64,000 bases of DNA. Source: Chrysomallon squamiferum. Taxonomy: Eukaryota > Animalia > Mollusca. The translations under genes were made by a program, and so were the position numbers. Every line of letters starts with the position of its first letter. Position 1 is the stretch's first letter. Shown here in pieces: positions 1 to 14,392 of the stretch. Under the pieces are notes generated by a model. It had not been told where the DNA came from, did not search any database, and worked only from the letters and a program-made list of their open reading frames with translations. The DNA is taken from positions 12,772,001-12,836,000 of the forward strand of contig CM022673.1 in NCBI GenBank assembly GCA_012295275.1. The letters run 5' to 3'.

Positions 1-640
1 GTGATATATTGATTTTATGTCACAGAGGTTGGCAAATAATTGATATTAAAATATTTTTCAAGTTTGTGTTCAATATTTCATCCAGTATTATGTAATTCAA
101 TTTTTGTAACAAATTTTTACTCATATTATTTTTTTATTTATTATTTTTGTTCTTTCTTAATTTTTTTTGTTTTGTTTTGTTTTGATGTTATTGTTGTTTT
201 TATTGTTAGTGGGTGGTGTGTCAGAGCTTAATGGCTTGAGGTATAGTAGGTGACCAGTTCAAATCTCCTTCAAGATTCTATCAGACTGTTATTTATTTCA
301 GTGATCTGTGTTTGCTTTATTAATGACTGTGATGTGTGTTTGTGTTTGACTGTTTGCAGACACAGTGATACTAGCAGTGGTTGTAGCAGTAGTGGTAGAT
401 GTAGCAGCAGTACTACTATTGGCTATGGTATAGAAAAGATAGTACTAGTTGTAATCATAACAGTAGTAATTGATCTATTAGTAATAGTCTCTCTTTCTCT
501 CTCTTTCTCTGTCTCTCTCTTTCTCTCTTTCTCTCTCTGTCTCTCTCTATCTCTCTTTCTCTCTCTGTCTCTCTCTAACTCTCTTTCTCTCTAATTACAG
601 ATGTGGTAGAATAGTTGTGTTGATGACAGACATGATAAAA

Positions 641-891
641 AATAGAAACAGTAAAATAAAGATGTGAAAAATAATAAATTTAATTTAAATAGATGTTTCC
701 TCTCTTTTATTTACTTTTTAATGTTTTCTCTTTCTCTCTTAAATTTTTTTTTCTCTCTGCTTGTTTTTCATCTGTCTTTCTCTCTCCCTTTCATTTTCTT
801 TCTGTTTCTCTTTTCCTTCTTTCTTTCTTTCCTTCTCTCTCATTCTCTTTCTCTTTCTCTCAGCATCCAGATAAAGGTAAGACTAAACAAA
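641..891 (+). repeat. Dispersed direct repeat, copy 1
   Basis: Shares CAGTAAAATAAAGATGTGAA...AGATGTTTCCTCTCTTTTATTTACTTTTTAATGTTTT...CTCAGCATCCA with 12589-12876. Confidence 0.85.
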
Positions 892-899
892 ACATCATC

Positions 900-1604
<705 letters not shown>

Positions 1605-1917
1605 TCATTGAAATATCATTGAACAGTAATTGGTTAAATATATAACTCGCAGTACTCATATTGCTGTTACACAAACATACGTAATGCCAGTGGACTGTAA
1701 CAGTTACTTACATATAACTGAATATACTAACAGAAGTGCGGTACCATTGTGTAACAACTGCTTTATATAATTACAATACGCAGTATAGTAACTTGTAATT
1801 ATATATAACACACGGTAATACTACTATCACGTATTTACGTAACAACGCTTTACAGCGGTTGTTTGCGTAATACAGTTTACAACATCCCGTCTAAAACAGT
1901 GTAAAACAATGTCTTAC

Positions 1918-1937
1918 CCGTAGTTATTATTAGCCAT
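1918..1937 (-). CDS. Putative short alternative first coding exon (MANNNYG, phase 2)
   Basis: ATG GCT AAT AAT AAC TAC GG|GTAAGA. The donor is good, the intron phase (2) matches the 60838 exon, and it sits in a CpG-retaining patch. Confidence 0.45.
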
Positions 1938-2229
1938 TTGAGAGCAAAGCTGTTTACATCACACAGTGACGCAGACACAGGGGCCAGCACCAGTTTTCAT
2001 TCAAAACAAATTTAATGACATTCACACAGGGCTTTTGTGTTGTTGTTTTTTTTGGCGGTTTATTTTTTCTAGGTCAAATCTTGACAGTTTTAAAAATAGA
2101 CTAGTCTTCACTGTAGTCAGTTGAACAATAAAAATTACGAGATTTTTTTAAACGTTGCATATCAGGAAATCTTGCATGTGCAGTTACAAATTTATTTGTT
2201 ACAGTTTGCGTATGCAGAAAGTAATACTG

Positions 2230-2260
<31 letters not shown>

Positions 2261-2787
2261 TTACTGTTGTTGTTGTTGTGACTGTTAACTGTAATTATTC
2301 TTATTATTATTATTAGTGTTGTTGCTGTTGTTGCTGTGGTGGTAGGGGTGGTGATGCTGGTGGTATTACATTAATGTTGTTCTTGTTATATAATTATTTT
2401 AAATTTACTATTCTTACTGTCACAATAGCTGTTGTTGATGGTTTCACTACTATTATTCTACAACTACTGTTACCAATATTACTACTATTACTACCACTAC
2501 TACTCTAACTACTGATACCACCATTACCACTGCATATTAGAATATTAAACTAAACAGCAATAAAGAATATTTCAGATTCTCCTACCCACATACAGGAAAG
2601 GTAATAATGCAATCATTTAACGAGACACTGGCAAGAATGGGAGATAATTCAGTGAGAAGTATATAAAAGAATTTGTGAAATAATAAAAACATTGTCTTCT
2701 TTCCTGTTCCTTTAATTTCTTTTTTCTTCTTCTTTTCTTTTCTTTTTTTTTTTTTTTTTTTTCTTTTTATTATTTATTATTTTTCCT

Positions 2788-2824
<37 letters not shown>

Positions 2825-2994
2825 CTTTTTGTTGTTTTTTCTCAGTTCCTAATGTAATGAAACCCAGCTGAGTTAATTCTGCAATTGTTCATAAATATGT
2901 CAGTTTGTTGATTTATTAGATTTCTTTGATCTTTGTTTGAAACTGACGGCATTCTGTAATCAACTTTCAGCATTAATCTGTACCAAAACAACCT

Positions 2995-3985
2995 ATCAAT
3001 TAAATAAACCAATAAAACAAACCCAGACAGGCTGGCCCTGTGTCTTATGATTCTAAATTGTACACCTTTGAGCAGTGAAGCATAAACATACACAAACATA
3101 ATGAAGTAAAACCAATAATTAATAATCTAACCGTTTTCTGCAGAAACCTAGAGTTTCAGCATGAGCAAGAAGAAGAAGAAGAAGAAGAAGATGTAGACAA
3201 AAAAGAAGATTAATATTTTATTTAAAAAAAGAGAGTACTTGAAATACATTCAGTCTGTGTTTATACAGTATTAAAGTTTGTGTTAAGGACTATGTATATA
3301 TTTAGAAAGTAAACCCACTATTAAATGCAGTTGAATATGTTTACAGTTAGCAGCAAGTGATCTTTTAATTTGCACCTTCCCACTGAAAGGAAAGAATTTA
3401 CTGTGGTCTTTGATAAATCAGTAGTGAAGCTCTGATTCAAGTCAGAACAGTACATTATAACAGACCACCAAGGAATATTGATCTTCATGCTGCAGTCCTG
3501 CACTCTTACAACTGAAATAAAACCCTCACCTGAAGCATAAAGTAGAAAAAAATGTCTTGTTGGAACAATTTTAATTAAATAAACCAATAATTAACAATCA
3601 GACCATCTCTATTTTGTTGTAACAACCTAAAGAATGCCCCCTGGGGCAATGGTGCACAAAAATGGAGACTTAAATAAATAAACTAATTATTAATAATCTG
3701 CGACTATAACTAGTTTAGAAGAACCTAAATAGGGCCCTGTGGTCAATAGTGCACCGAATGGATTTAAATCAAATTAAATAAATAAACCAATAATTATTAA
3801 TCAAATATCATAATTTTACCAACTGAACCCAAGATGTGCCCCTTTGGACCCTCCTGCACAAAACAGACAATTACTGAATTAATTAAATAAACCAATAATT
3901 ATTAATCAAGCTAACAGCATTTTGCTACAAGAATCTGTTGAACCTTATAAGTGCCCCTTTATCCAGTGGCGTGCAAAATGTACAC
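2995..3985 (+). repeat. Degenerate ~100-120-bp repeat family (TAAATAAACCAATAATTATTAATC...TGCCCC...GTGCACAAAA); about 4 copies at 3570-3985 plus remnants at 2995-3150
   Basis: The motif recurs near 3001, 3107, 3577, 3675, 3779 and 3883. Confidence 0.7.
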
Positions 3986-4246
3986 AAATAATGGCTGTGG
4001 CGGTGGAAGAGAAATTTTATTCATGTCTGACTCTAATTCTGTTGTCAGACCAGGAGAAAAGAAATGGACAGTTTTGTTTCTTGACCAGTCTGCTAATCTG
4101 ATTTGGTGACTCAGTTTGTAAGGAAATGAGCTGATGACACTAGCAGAAGACAAAAATAATTATATACATTGTGAAAAAAAAAAAAAAAATAAACGAGAGC
4201 TGGTTCCAGAATGTAGGTTCGCTGGTTGAAATAGTGCTAGAGTGGT

Positions 4247-4755
4247 GACTGCTTGTAGCTCAGTGGTTGACTGGTTGTAACAGTGGTTGACTGGTTGTAA
4301 CAATGTTTGACTGGTTGTAACAATGTTTGACTGGTTGTAACAGTGGTTGACTGGTTGTAACTGGTTGACTGGTTTTAACAATGGTAGACTGGTTGTAACA
4401 GTGGTTGACTGGTTGTAACAATGGTTGACTGGTTGTAACAATGTTTGACTAGTTGTAACAATGTTTGACTAGTTGTAACAATGTTTGACTAGTAACAATG
4501 TTTGACTGGTTGTAACAGTGGTTGACTGGTTGTAACAGTGGTTGACTGGTTGTAACAATGTTTGACTAGTTGTAACAATGGTTGACTAGTTGTAACAATG
4601 TTTGACTAGTAACAATGTTTGACTGGTTGTAACAGTGGTTGACTGGTTGTAACAATGGTTGACTGGTTGAAACATGGAATGGTTGTACAACAATGATTGA
4701 CAGGTTATAGTACATTGGTTGATTGGTAGTGGTAAAATGGCTGACTGGTTGTAAT
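4247..4755 (+). repeat. 20-bp minisatellite (GACTGGTTGTAACAATGGTT)n, about 20 copies
   Basis: Directly visible tandem array; accounts for the LQPVNHCYNQS ORFs. Confidence 0.95.
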
Positions 4756-4814
4756 TCTCCATTCCAACTAGTGTTCCATGATGTCATATCAAAAGTACAT
4801 GCTTTCACTGCATT

Positions 4815-5000
4815 TGGGATGCAGCTAAGTGGAAGAGTCTTTGCCTGAGATGTGATCAGTCATTGTCAGTGCCACTATACTTCATATATCAAAGGTCATT
4901 ATGTCTTACCTGTTTATGGGATGGAACATATAAAAGATCCTTTACTGCTAAAAGATTATAGCAGCCAACAAAATGATTGCAGATGGCTTCCATTCTCATC
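4815..5000 (+). mobile_element. Degenerate tRNA-derived SINE-like element
   Basis: A-box-like head GGGATGCAGCTAAGTGG, then body AAAGGTCATTATGTCTTACCTGTTTATGGGATGGAACATATAAAAGATCCTTTACTGCTAA. Reverse-complement relatives occur at 45905, 48530 and 56760. Confidence 0.55.
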
Positions 5001-6737
5001 AAAATTTTACCAAAACAAATGTTTAAAATATATGAAAACCTTATATTTAACATAACAAATAATATATCTAACAAAAAATATATATATATATATCTAACAT
5101 AAAAGTCTTTTTACATAAAAACATATCTAACATATAAAAACATTTCTAAAACACAAAAGCATACATCTGTCACAAAAGGCCATACATCTAACACATTAAA
5201 AACATTAATAAACTATACACAGTGATATACACACATGAATACAGTACTTGGCTACATAGATCTGCCACATCACAAACACACATTAATCTTTCTTTCTGCG
5301 AGAAGTCCTAATTTAGAACTACCCCGAGGTTAAAGCGGTATTTTATCTACATTAATAAACTCTGTCTGTCTGTCTGTTTGTCTGTTCATCTGTCATCTCT
5401 TTCTGTGAGTTAAGATCAAAGCAGTGACAATGAGACTCACTGATATAGATATGTGACTGTTGTTACTGATAGCTATTACAGCGTGCCAGTATAAACAAAT
5501 AATAATAATAATAATAATAAAACAAAATTTTTATAAATAATTTTTAATTTGATGATTAGTAAATAAATTGTTCAATATTTGAAATTAGTTTCATTGGTCA
5601 AATTTGTTAATATAAATGCAAATTTATTTTTTTTGTAGTGTTTTTATTTAATTTAAATTTGATAATTTTTTCTATTTTATTTTTTTATTTATTTTTTTTT
5701 TTTTTTTTTTTATTTTTTGTCATTTTCTTTCTATCTTTCTTTTCTATTTTTTTTTTTTTTTTTTTTTACTTTTTATTATTATTTTATTATTTTTTTTTTT
5801 TTTTTTCTGAATTTAATTTCCGGGTCTCAGTTTCATGAACATAAGATTATTTTTTGCTTTTGCAAATTAAGTTTTTCAAATTAATTTCATATTTAATTTC
5901 AACTGTTGTTTGATAATTTATGTAAAGGACTTAATGACAAAAAGGAAGGGAAAAAAAAAGAAGCCAGCTGTAGTTATTGATCATATTTGGTGACAAACTG
6001 TCATTTGTAAATTAAAAGTGTTTTTTTTTTATAATATACATATTTTAAAAACAGTATCTGATGTAATTTTTAAAGTGATTGGCATTAAAAGTAAAATTAA
6101 TGGTCTAATAAAAATCTTTATATTATCAAATTATTTTTTTATTATTTTTGGGCAAACTGCTTAAGCCATAACAAAGTGCAATTATTAAATAATATCATTA
6201 TCTAACATTAAAAAGTTGCCATTTTACCCTTCACAACTGGAATCATGATGACGTCATTTTCCTCTTTGCAGTGAAGTCATTACTGATGTGGTTCACTGAT
6301 TGATGTATTTTTTCTGTCAACATTAGAAAAAACTTCAGAGCAAACTGGTCCTCTCTGAACATGATGACATCTCAAATACAAAAAAACTGTTGAATTCTCA
6401 TATTTTTAAATTATGCTCTTTTGTTGTTATACTTTGTTATTAGTAAAGATTGGATGCCAAAAATATTGAAAATTTCACAAATTAGAAGAATTCAGGATAT
6501 GTTTAGACTCATTCTAATGGTACATTCCAACAGTTATTAGGATTTTGTTTGATGATTAAAAGAGAGAAGAAACTCACTGTTATGAATTATTAGCAGACTA
6601 TGGGTGGATAAAATATAGCTTGTTTCAACAAGGAACTGCTGAGTCTAAAACTCAACCACAGAGGTATTCCAGGGAGGTAATTATTACTGATTAGACAACA
6701 AGAACATGAACGTACACGTTAATAAAGCAGATATGAA

Positions 6738-6932
6738 CCACTGAGTGGAATGGGAAATAATTCAATGACTGAAATGGGAAATAGTTCAATGATTGGATGG
6801 GAATAGTTCAATGAATGGAATGGGAAGTAGCTCAGTGAGTGGAATAGGAAATAGTTCAATGGGTGGAATGGGAAATAGCTCAGTGATTTGAATGTGAAAT
6901 ACCTCAGTTCATGGAGTGAGAAATAACTCAAA
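6738..6932 (+). repeat. ~24-bp tandem repeat (TGGAATGGGAAATAGYTCAATGA)n, about 8 copies
   Basis: Visible array whose unit equals the SINE-like core. Confidence 0.85.
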
Positions 6933-7254
6933 GAGAACGAGTGATCATGTGATCTATTAAGACTCCAGTAAACATTCCAGTTATGAGTCTGAGTTCAAAC
7001 CATGGCCATTACCCGAGTAAAACATGTTTTTTTTCACAGCATATAACTTACAAGTAGATTGAAATGGCTTTGCACTAGCAATTAGAATGAGGCAGGTAAT
7101 CAAACACAAGTGTCTCTCACCTCTATGTGTCAGTAAATCATGTAAATGAGGTTTTCTAGTCTGCTGAATGGTTTGACAGTTTCCTTTGCAGTTTAACCCC
7201 TAAATCATCACTGGGCAGACACTTCAGAATAAACCAAAATCATCTCCTAAAGTA

Positions 7255-7715
7255 TATGTATATTAGACCCTGTAGATATACCTGGCAATATATCAGACTC
7301 CACAGATATATATCTCAGACTCCACAGATATATCCAGTAATACATCAGATCCTCTAGGTACATCTGGAAATATGTCATACCCTGGAGATATCCAGAAATA
7401 TCTCAGATCATCTAGATTTGTCTGGAAATATCTCAGATACCTGGAGATATATCCAGCAATATATTAGAATCTTCTGACATATCATGCAACATATCAGACC
7501 CTGTAGATATATCCAGCAATGTATCAAACTATGGAGATATATCTGGAAATATATCAGACCCTGTACAAATATTTGGAAATATATGAGACCCTGTAGATAT
7601 ATCTGAAAATATATCGGACCTGTAGATATATCTGGGAATATATCATATCCTTAAGATATATCTGGTAATATGTTAGACCTTGGAGACATATCCAGTAATA
7701 TATCAGACCCAGAAG
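7255..7715 (+). repeat. 30-bp minisatellite (ATATCAGACCCTGTAGATATATCTGGAAAT)n, about 15 degenerate copies
   Basis: Visible 30-bp periodicity. Confidence 0.9.
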
Positions 7716-9236
7716 TTTCATACAGCAGTTTATCTAGATTCTATGTATGAGTTGGAATGGGAAATTTGCATCTAGAAGGATCAACCATGTGACTTATAAT
7801 GCTTCAGGCAACAGATCAAGTATGTAATGGGGTTTGTAAGTTTTGTGCTAAGCTTTGTGTGTAATGGGGTGCTAAAAACCAAGCAAGCCAATCAAAATGC
7901 AGGACACATTTCCAAACAAGATGGCTACATAAACAGTATGTTGAATAGTTGTGAAGATTCCTGCCAATTAGAATTCAGTGCCTACAACTGTGAAATGAGG
8001 TTGGTGGTAAAAGGGTTAAGATGTTAAAAAGCTTGCTAAGCCAGTGATAAAGAAAAAAGAGAAGTGGAATAAATACTATTAATGTCTCTTTAGGCAGAAA
8101 TAAAAAATGATGAATCTTTGTACTGAACCCATTAAAAGAAAAAAGAAGGAAAAAAGATGAATGTTTTAAAAAGTAAGAAAGAGAGAATTGTAGAACAGTG
8201 TGTGTGTGTGTGTGTGTTGATAGAACAAAAAATGACAAAACAGAAATAAAGATTGAAAAAATGAAATAACATGAAAAACAAAAAAAATGGATAAAATTTG
8301 AAAAATGAATGAAATAACATGTAAAATAAAATAAAAGAACCAAAAAATTGTTAAAGGATAAAAAAGAAAATGAAAACAAAGAATCTCCCCCTTCATTAAA
8401 AAATACCTTTTGAACCATTTGTTTAATTATGGAAATTTTACTAGCAAAAAAAAACCCACCATAAACTGTCTTATTAACAATCATCCTAACAGTTTTTTGT
8501 TTTTGTTTAAATCTGGTTTTATGTTTTTTAAAATTTTATTTTATTATTATAATTAACAAATTTTTTATAAACTTTCTGTTGGAGTACATTTATTTTTTAA
8601 ACATTTTTAATTAAAAGGAGACTGGTGGGAATTCAGATAACCTGAAAATGAACTTGGCACGTTTAAATCTATACCTTTGATTACCTCTGTGATCCAAGGG
8701 CTGGTTTTGATTAAAACTCTAATTAGAAAGTAGTATTTCGTTTTTGTGTGATTTCAACTCAAGTAATTGCATTTAGAATCTGTGTCGTTTTTGTTCAAAA
8801 TGTGTCTGTGTCTGCATTTGTGTGTGTGTGTGTGTGTGTGTGTTTGTCTGTGTGTGTATGTGTTCTTCAAATTCTCTTCATGGTCTTATAGTAGATATTA
8901 GATAATAATAAATATCAATGACAAACAGAAGGAATTAATGAAAACAAAAGGTGAAACAGAAAATATGAAAAAATATAGAAAGAATGTAAATGAAAAATGT
9001 GAAGAAAATAAATAACAAATAAAGAATATATATATATATATGTATACACACGCAAGTACATATATACATACATATAAAGAAAGATAAAACAAAAATGAAG
9101 GTATGAAAAGAAAAGATTATTCACATCATTATAATATTTATTATTGTTGTTGTTACTGTTGTTGTTTTTATTATTATTATTATTATTGTTATTATTACTG
9201 TTGTAGTTATTCTTCTTCTTCTTCTTCTTCTTCTTC

Positions 9237-9274
<38 letters not shown>

Positions 9275-9431
9275 ATCCATATAGCTGACACATACTGTTA
9301 AAGGTGGAAAATACTTGCAAAAAGCAGTCAGTTTTGAATGAATCCCAAACAGTGGTTTAAACTGGGCTTTTACTTTTTCTCACCCAAACTTCACACATAA
9401 TTCAAGGGTGTGTGCTATCCTGCATGCAGAA

Positions 9432-9467
<36 letters not shown>

Positions 9468-10936
9468 TGATCTATTTATTGATATATATATATAAGATCA
9501 ATTACAAAGAACAAAGTGTAGCTCACTGTATATCAGAAGCAATTTTTCTAGTTATTTGTGTGGCTTTCAATTATATACACCATAAATAAAATAAATGCTC
9601 TAAAATGCTTCACCAAATAAAACTTGTCTTTTTTTGGTGGATATTTTGTTTTTCCATCTCTGTACCATCTGCTGGATTATTTTGATGAAGATAACACTAA
9701 CAAGAACAAACACATTGACAGACAGACAGATATGGGAACACCTTCAATATTAAAGATTAGGATAAGGATTTTGAGTACTCAAAGCTGTTTAACTCAAAAC
9801 ACATGATTTGCATAATAAATAAATTTCAAACAGGTGATGTTTATTTATTTAAATCCAAGATTGCAAGTTGTTTTTTTCTTTCTTTATTTTATTTAATTTT
9901 ATTATTACTTTTTTGTAAATCTTTTTTGAAATAAGTTAGGTATGGTGCCCTTAAGTATAATGGATATACTGTATTTATTTTCATGCAGTGTGCTTCTTAG
10001 TAATTTGTTATATCATTTTGTCTGTATGTCTGTTTGTGTGTGCATCTGTCTGTTTGTGTCTGTATGAGTGTGTTTATTTCTGTTTGTATGTGTGTACATG
10101 TGTTTGTGGGTTTTTCTATGTATGTGTATATGTATGTTTGACTGTCTGTCTGTAGCCATGTGTATGTTAATGTCCATATATATGTGAGTCTGTGTGTATG
10201 TTTGTGAATCAGCCTACATGTATTTTTGTGTATGTATGTATTTATATTTATTTATTTGCAAATATTTATGAATTTATGATGATAACAGTACAGATAATTT
10301 ATGTAAAGAAAATGTATAAAGTATTTATGTGTGAAAACACTTTCACACTTACATGTGTGCATACACAGATATATTTACATACATAACAATAACTATGAAA
10401 ATTATATATATTTATGACAATGATGTTGATGATGAAGATGATAATAATAAAAAAAGATCTTACTGATGATGACAAAAATGACACAAAACAAGAAGAACAT
10501 TTATTTTAAATCTCAGTAAAACAAGAAAATATTTTCCAGGAAAACATTACCATTTATCCATAATGATACATGTTCAGGTATTTACAAACATTTCTTACAC
10601 TTTTCTTAACTGTTTTCACCTGTTGCCAGGTAGAATATCCAGTAAACACATTAACTAATACAATTTCACCAAGAGATTTTTTTTTTTGTTTATTTTTTTA
10701 ACAGTCAGAAACTTTAACGTGTGCAAAAATATCTCCCAGATAACAGTTATGTACAGTGTTATTATATGATGCTGCAATTTGGAGCAAATAAAAATTATAA
10801 AAAAATAGAAATATCCTCACTTCACAGTTAAAGAGAAAATTTAAAATTAATGAGGGTAATAGAGACAGTCTAAGGAGTGAAATGTAAATATTTTTTTTAT
10901 CATTTTTTAATCTTTGTTTATTTCTTTCTGTCTCAG

Positions 10937-11425
<489 letters not shown>

Positions 11426-12267
11426 CCCATAATCTCTATCTCTCTGCATAACATCTCTCTTCTCTCTATTTCATTTTCACTCTCTTTCTCTCATAATCTC
11501 TAGATTATCTCTTTGTCTCTGTCTCTTGCTCCCTTTCTCCCTTCATCCCCATACCCCTCTTTCATTTTATTCTTTACTCTTTATTTTTCTTTTTTTTGTG
11601 CTTTATTATGTATCAGATCAAGTTAATTTTATAAGTGTACTAACTGTTTTTATCTAATCAACAGTAAATAATAAGTGCAAACTGCACCCAGTCATTACAA
11701 GTTCAGGTCACGGCTAAGTCTGCAGTGTTTATTTGTTCTAATCAATTGTTAATTGTTCAATGGCATCATTGGAAGCTGACAGTATTTTAAAAATAGTCTG
11801 AGCACAAATTCAAACTTGTTTAGAACAAGAAATGGGCTAGCTGTAAAAAGAGAATATGAATGAGAAAAAGATAGGGAGGTGCTGAGAGAGAGAAATGTCT
11901 AGACAGATAAACAAACAAATACATAGATAAATAGATAGATATATGGATAGTTAAAGAGATAGATAGAGAGATATATAGATACACAGATATATAGACAGAT
12001 AGATAGAGAGAGAGAGACATAAAGAGGATTGTAGAGAGAAGTATATAGAAAGAAATGGAGAGAGATATAAAAAGAGGGAGAGATAGAAAATAGGACAGAA
12101 AGACAGAAAATCATTACAATATAATTATACTATTTAATACAGCATATCAAGTTTTTACTTTAGTCCATGATGTTGCTGAAATATACATGTACAAATACAC
12201 ATCAGATGCACACACTCATAATCAAACATACAAACACACATACTGACACACACATACACAAAAACAC

Positions 12268-12355
12268 ACTTACCTCTGGTGAAGAAAAGACAAAATAATT
12301 GTTGTTTTGCAGTACTTACCTGCAAAAAACAAAAAATAATAAAATGTAGTCAGTA
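12268..12355 (-). other. Recursive splice site (ratchet point) 2 with 46-nt cryptic exon 12319-12274
   Basis: Minus strand reads TACTGAC (branch point, 12355-12349) TACATTTTATTATTTTTTGTTTTTTGCAG|GTAAGTACTGC...TCTTCACCAGAG|GTAAGT. Confidence 0.72.
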
Positions 12356-12588
12356 ATAACAATATTAAAAAAAATGCAAAAACAACAACAACAACATAAT
12401 AATAATAATAATAACAAAATAATAATAATAAAATAACAAAAATATAATAACAGTAATACTAGTAATGATATTAAGAAAAATGAAATATGATAAATAAAAC
12501 ACAAATTATAATGACCATAATTATAATATGTTAATAATAACAGAACTAATAATAAAATAAGAATATCAGTAACTACAGTTGTGGTAGT

Positions 12589-12783
12589 AATAGAAGCAGT
12601 AAAATAAAGATGTGAATATTTTAAAAATAACAAATTTAATTTAAAAAGATGTTTCCTCTCTTTTATTTACTTTTTAATGTTTTAATGTTTTCTCTTTCTC
12701 TCTTAAATTTTTTATTCTCTCTTTTGATTTTTCAGCTGTTTTCTCTCTCTCTCTCTCTCTCTTCTTTTTTTATTCTCTGTTGA

Positions 12784-12846
<63 letters not shown>

Positions 12847-12876
12847 AGCATCCACATAAATACAAGACGGAACAAA
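12589..12876 (+). repeat. Dispersed direct repeat, copy 2 (with expanded CT microsatellite)
   Basis: Collinear match to 641-891. Confidence 0.85.
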
Positions 12877-13381
12877 TCACTCAAACATGTTCCAGAATTA
12901 AATACATTTTTGGATAACAAAAGTTAAAACTGCAGATTATCTGATTTCCAACATGTTTTTATGAGAAATAAACAGCTGAACACAGAATAAAAATAAAAGT
13001 GTTATCTTTTCAAGATAGCTAGAGTGTCTGCAGTTTATCTCTAAATTTGCAAAATGAAGTGAAAAAGTGTCAAATTGGTTTAAAAAAAGATTTATTAGAT
13101 GCTCATAAAGTTGTTTAATTTGCTTCTCTAAGTCGCTGAATGCCACAAATCTGAAACTGGGAGGAAAAAAAATAATGTAAGATGTATACTCATCAATCAA
13201 AGTTATGGAATATTGATATTTCTGTTGTTGTTATTTTTAAACTTTTTATTATTATTAATAGTTATTGTTACAATAGTTTTTATTATTGATATCATTTTTG
13301 CATGTTTATTTGCTAGTTATTCTAGTTTTTTGTTGTTGTTGTTGTTTTTTTGTTATTATTATTATTTTGTACCATTGTAAA

Positions 13382-13448
<67 letters not shown>

Positions 13449-13995
13449 TTTCTCTATTTTATAATCTAAATGAAAACAGTTTAGGAATCCAAATATAAGT
13501 CAAAATATCTGCATTTATCTTCCATAATAACTGTTTTCCTGTCTATGGGAAGGTAAATTTGAAACATTTTTTCTGCTAATTTAGAAAAACTAAAAGCAAC
13601 CACAGAATAGCATTAGCAAATTTTTATCACCAAATTCAGTGTCTGACATGTAATAACCATTAATATTAAAAATATTTTGACAGGTTATTGAACAGATATT
13701 CATTTATTCATGGGGTGGTGGTAGAGGAGCCCAGTGTCTGGTTTTCTCACAGACTCAGTGACTCTGCTGTCAAAACACTGGCAGACTGCAACAGCCAGGA
13801 TGAAATTTACTGGTTAAAGTTATAAATATTTCCAACATGAAACTCACTGGTCTGATTAGTGATGTCTCAACCAACTTTGTTTTTTTCCACTTGTTTTTTT
13901 AGGTTGTTTTTTTGTTGTTGTTTCTTTATTTTCGATATTGTATAAAATAATACCACAAAAGATTTTAATAATATTTATTATTTAATTAATTAATT

Positions 13996-14125
13996 TATTT
14001 ATTTATTGTTGTTTTTGATGTCCTTCTCCTTCTGTTTCTTCTTCTTCTTCTTTTTTATTTATTTATTTATTTATTTATTGTTGTTTTTGATGTCTTCTCC
14101 TTCTGTTTCTTCTTCTTCTTTTTAT
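13996..14125 (+). repeat. Local ~70-bp tandem duplication
   Basis: TTTATTGTTGTTTTTGATGTC(C)TTCTCCTTCTGTTTCTTCTTC occurs twice. Confidence 0.85.
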
Positions 14126-14294
14126 TATTATTATTGTTAATAGTAGTAGTTGTAGTAGTTATAAATATATAAATAACATAATGCTGTTATTATATACATA
14201 TTTATTTATTTATTATTAACATTATCTATTTAGTTGTTTTGTTATTGTAATGGTAGTATTTTCCACTTTGATATAGATGTCTCTTTTAAACACA

Positions 14295-14392
14295 CTCTCA
14301 GGAATGGGAAAAAATTGAGTAGATTCACCACTGAAATCAGATTCCAAAACTCATATCATGTCAGCTAAACATTCTTCTTACTGGGCTGTGCT
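14295..14392 (-). mobile_element. SINE-like head fragment
   Basis: GGAATGGGAAAAAATTGAGTAGATTCACC...ACTGGGCTGTGC. The same GGAATGGGAAA core recurs at 6745, 7753, 37540, 48660 and 56855. Confidence 0.45.

Noticed and set aside
215-275. tRNA-like stretch with B-box GTTCAAATC (also GTTCAAACC near 6990)
   Set aside because: No cloverleaf can be formed; most likely decayed SINE heads.
4160-4808. LQPVNHCYNQS repeat ORFs and a CRISPR-like look
   Set aside because: A 20-bp minisatellite (not a multiple of 3) with no unique spacers, in eukaryotic DNA.
4900-4920. Minus-strand CAG|GTAAGA
   Set aside because: No pyrimidine tract, and it is internal to a SINE-like copy.
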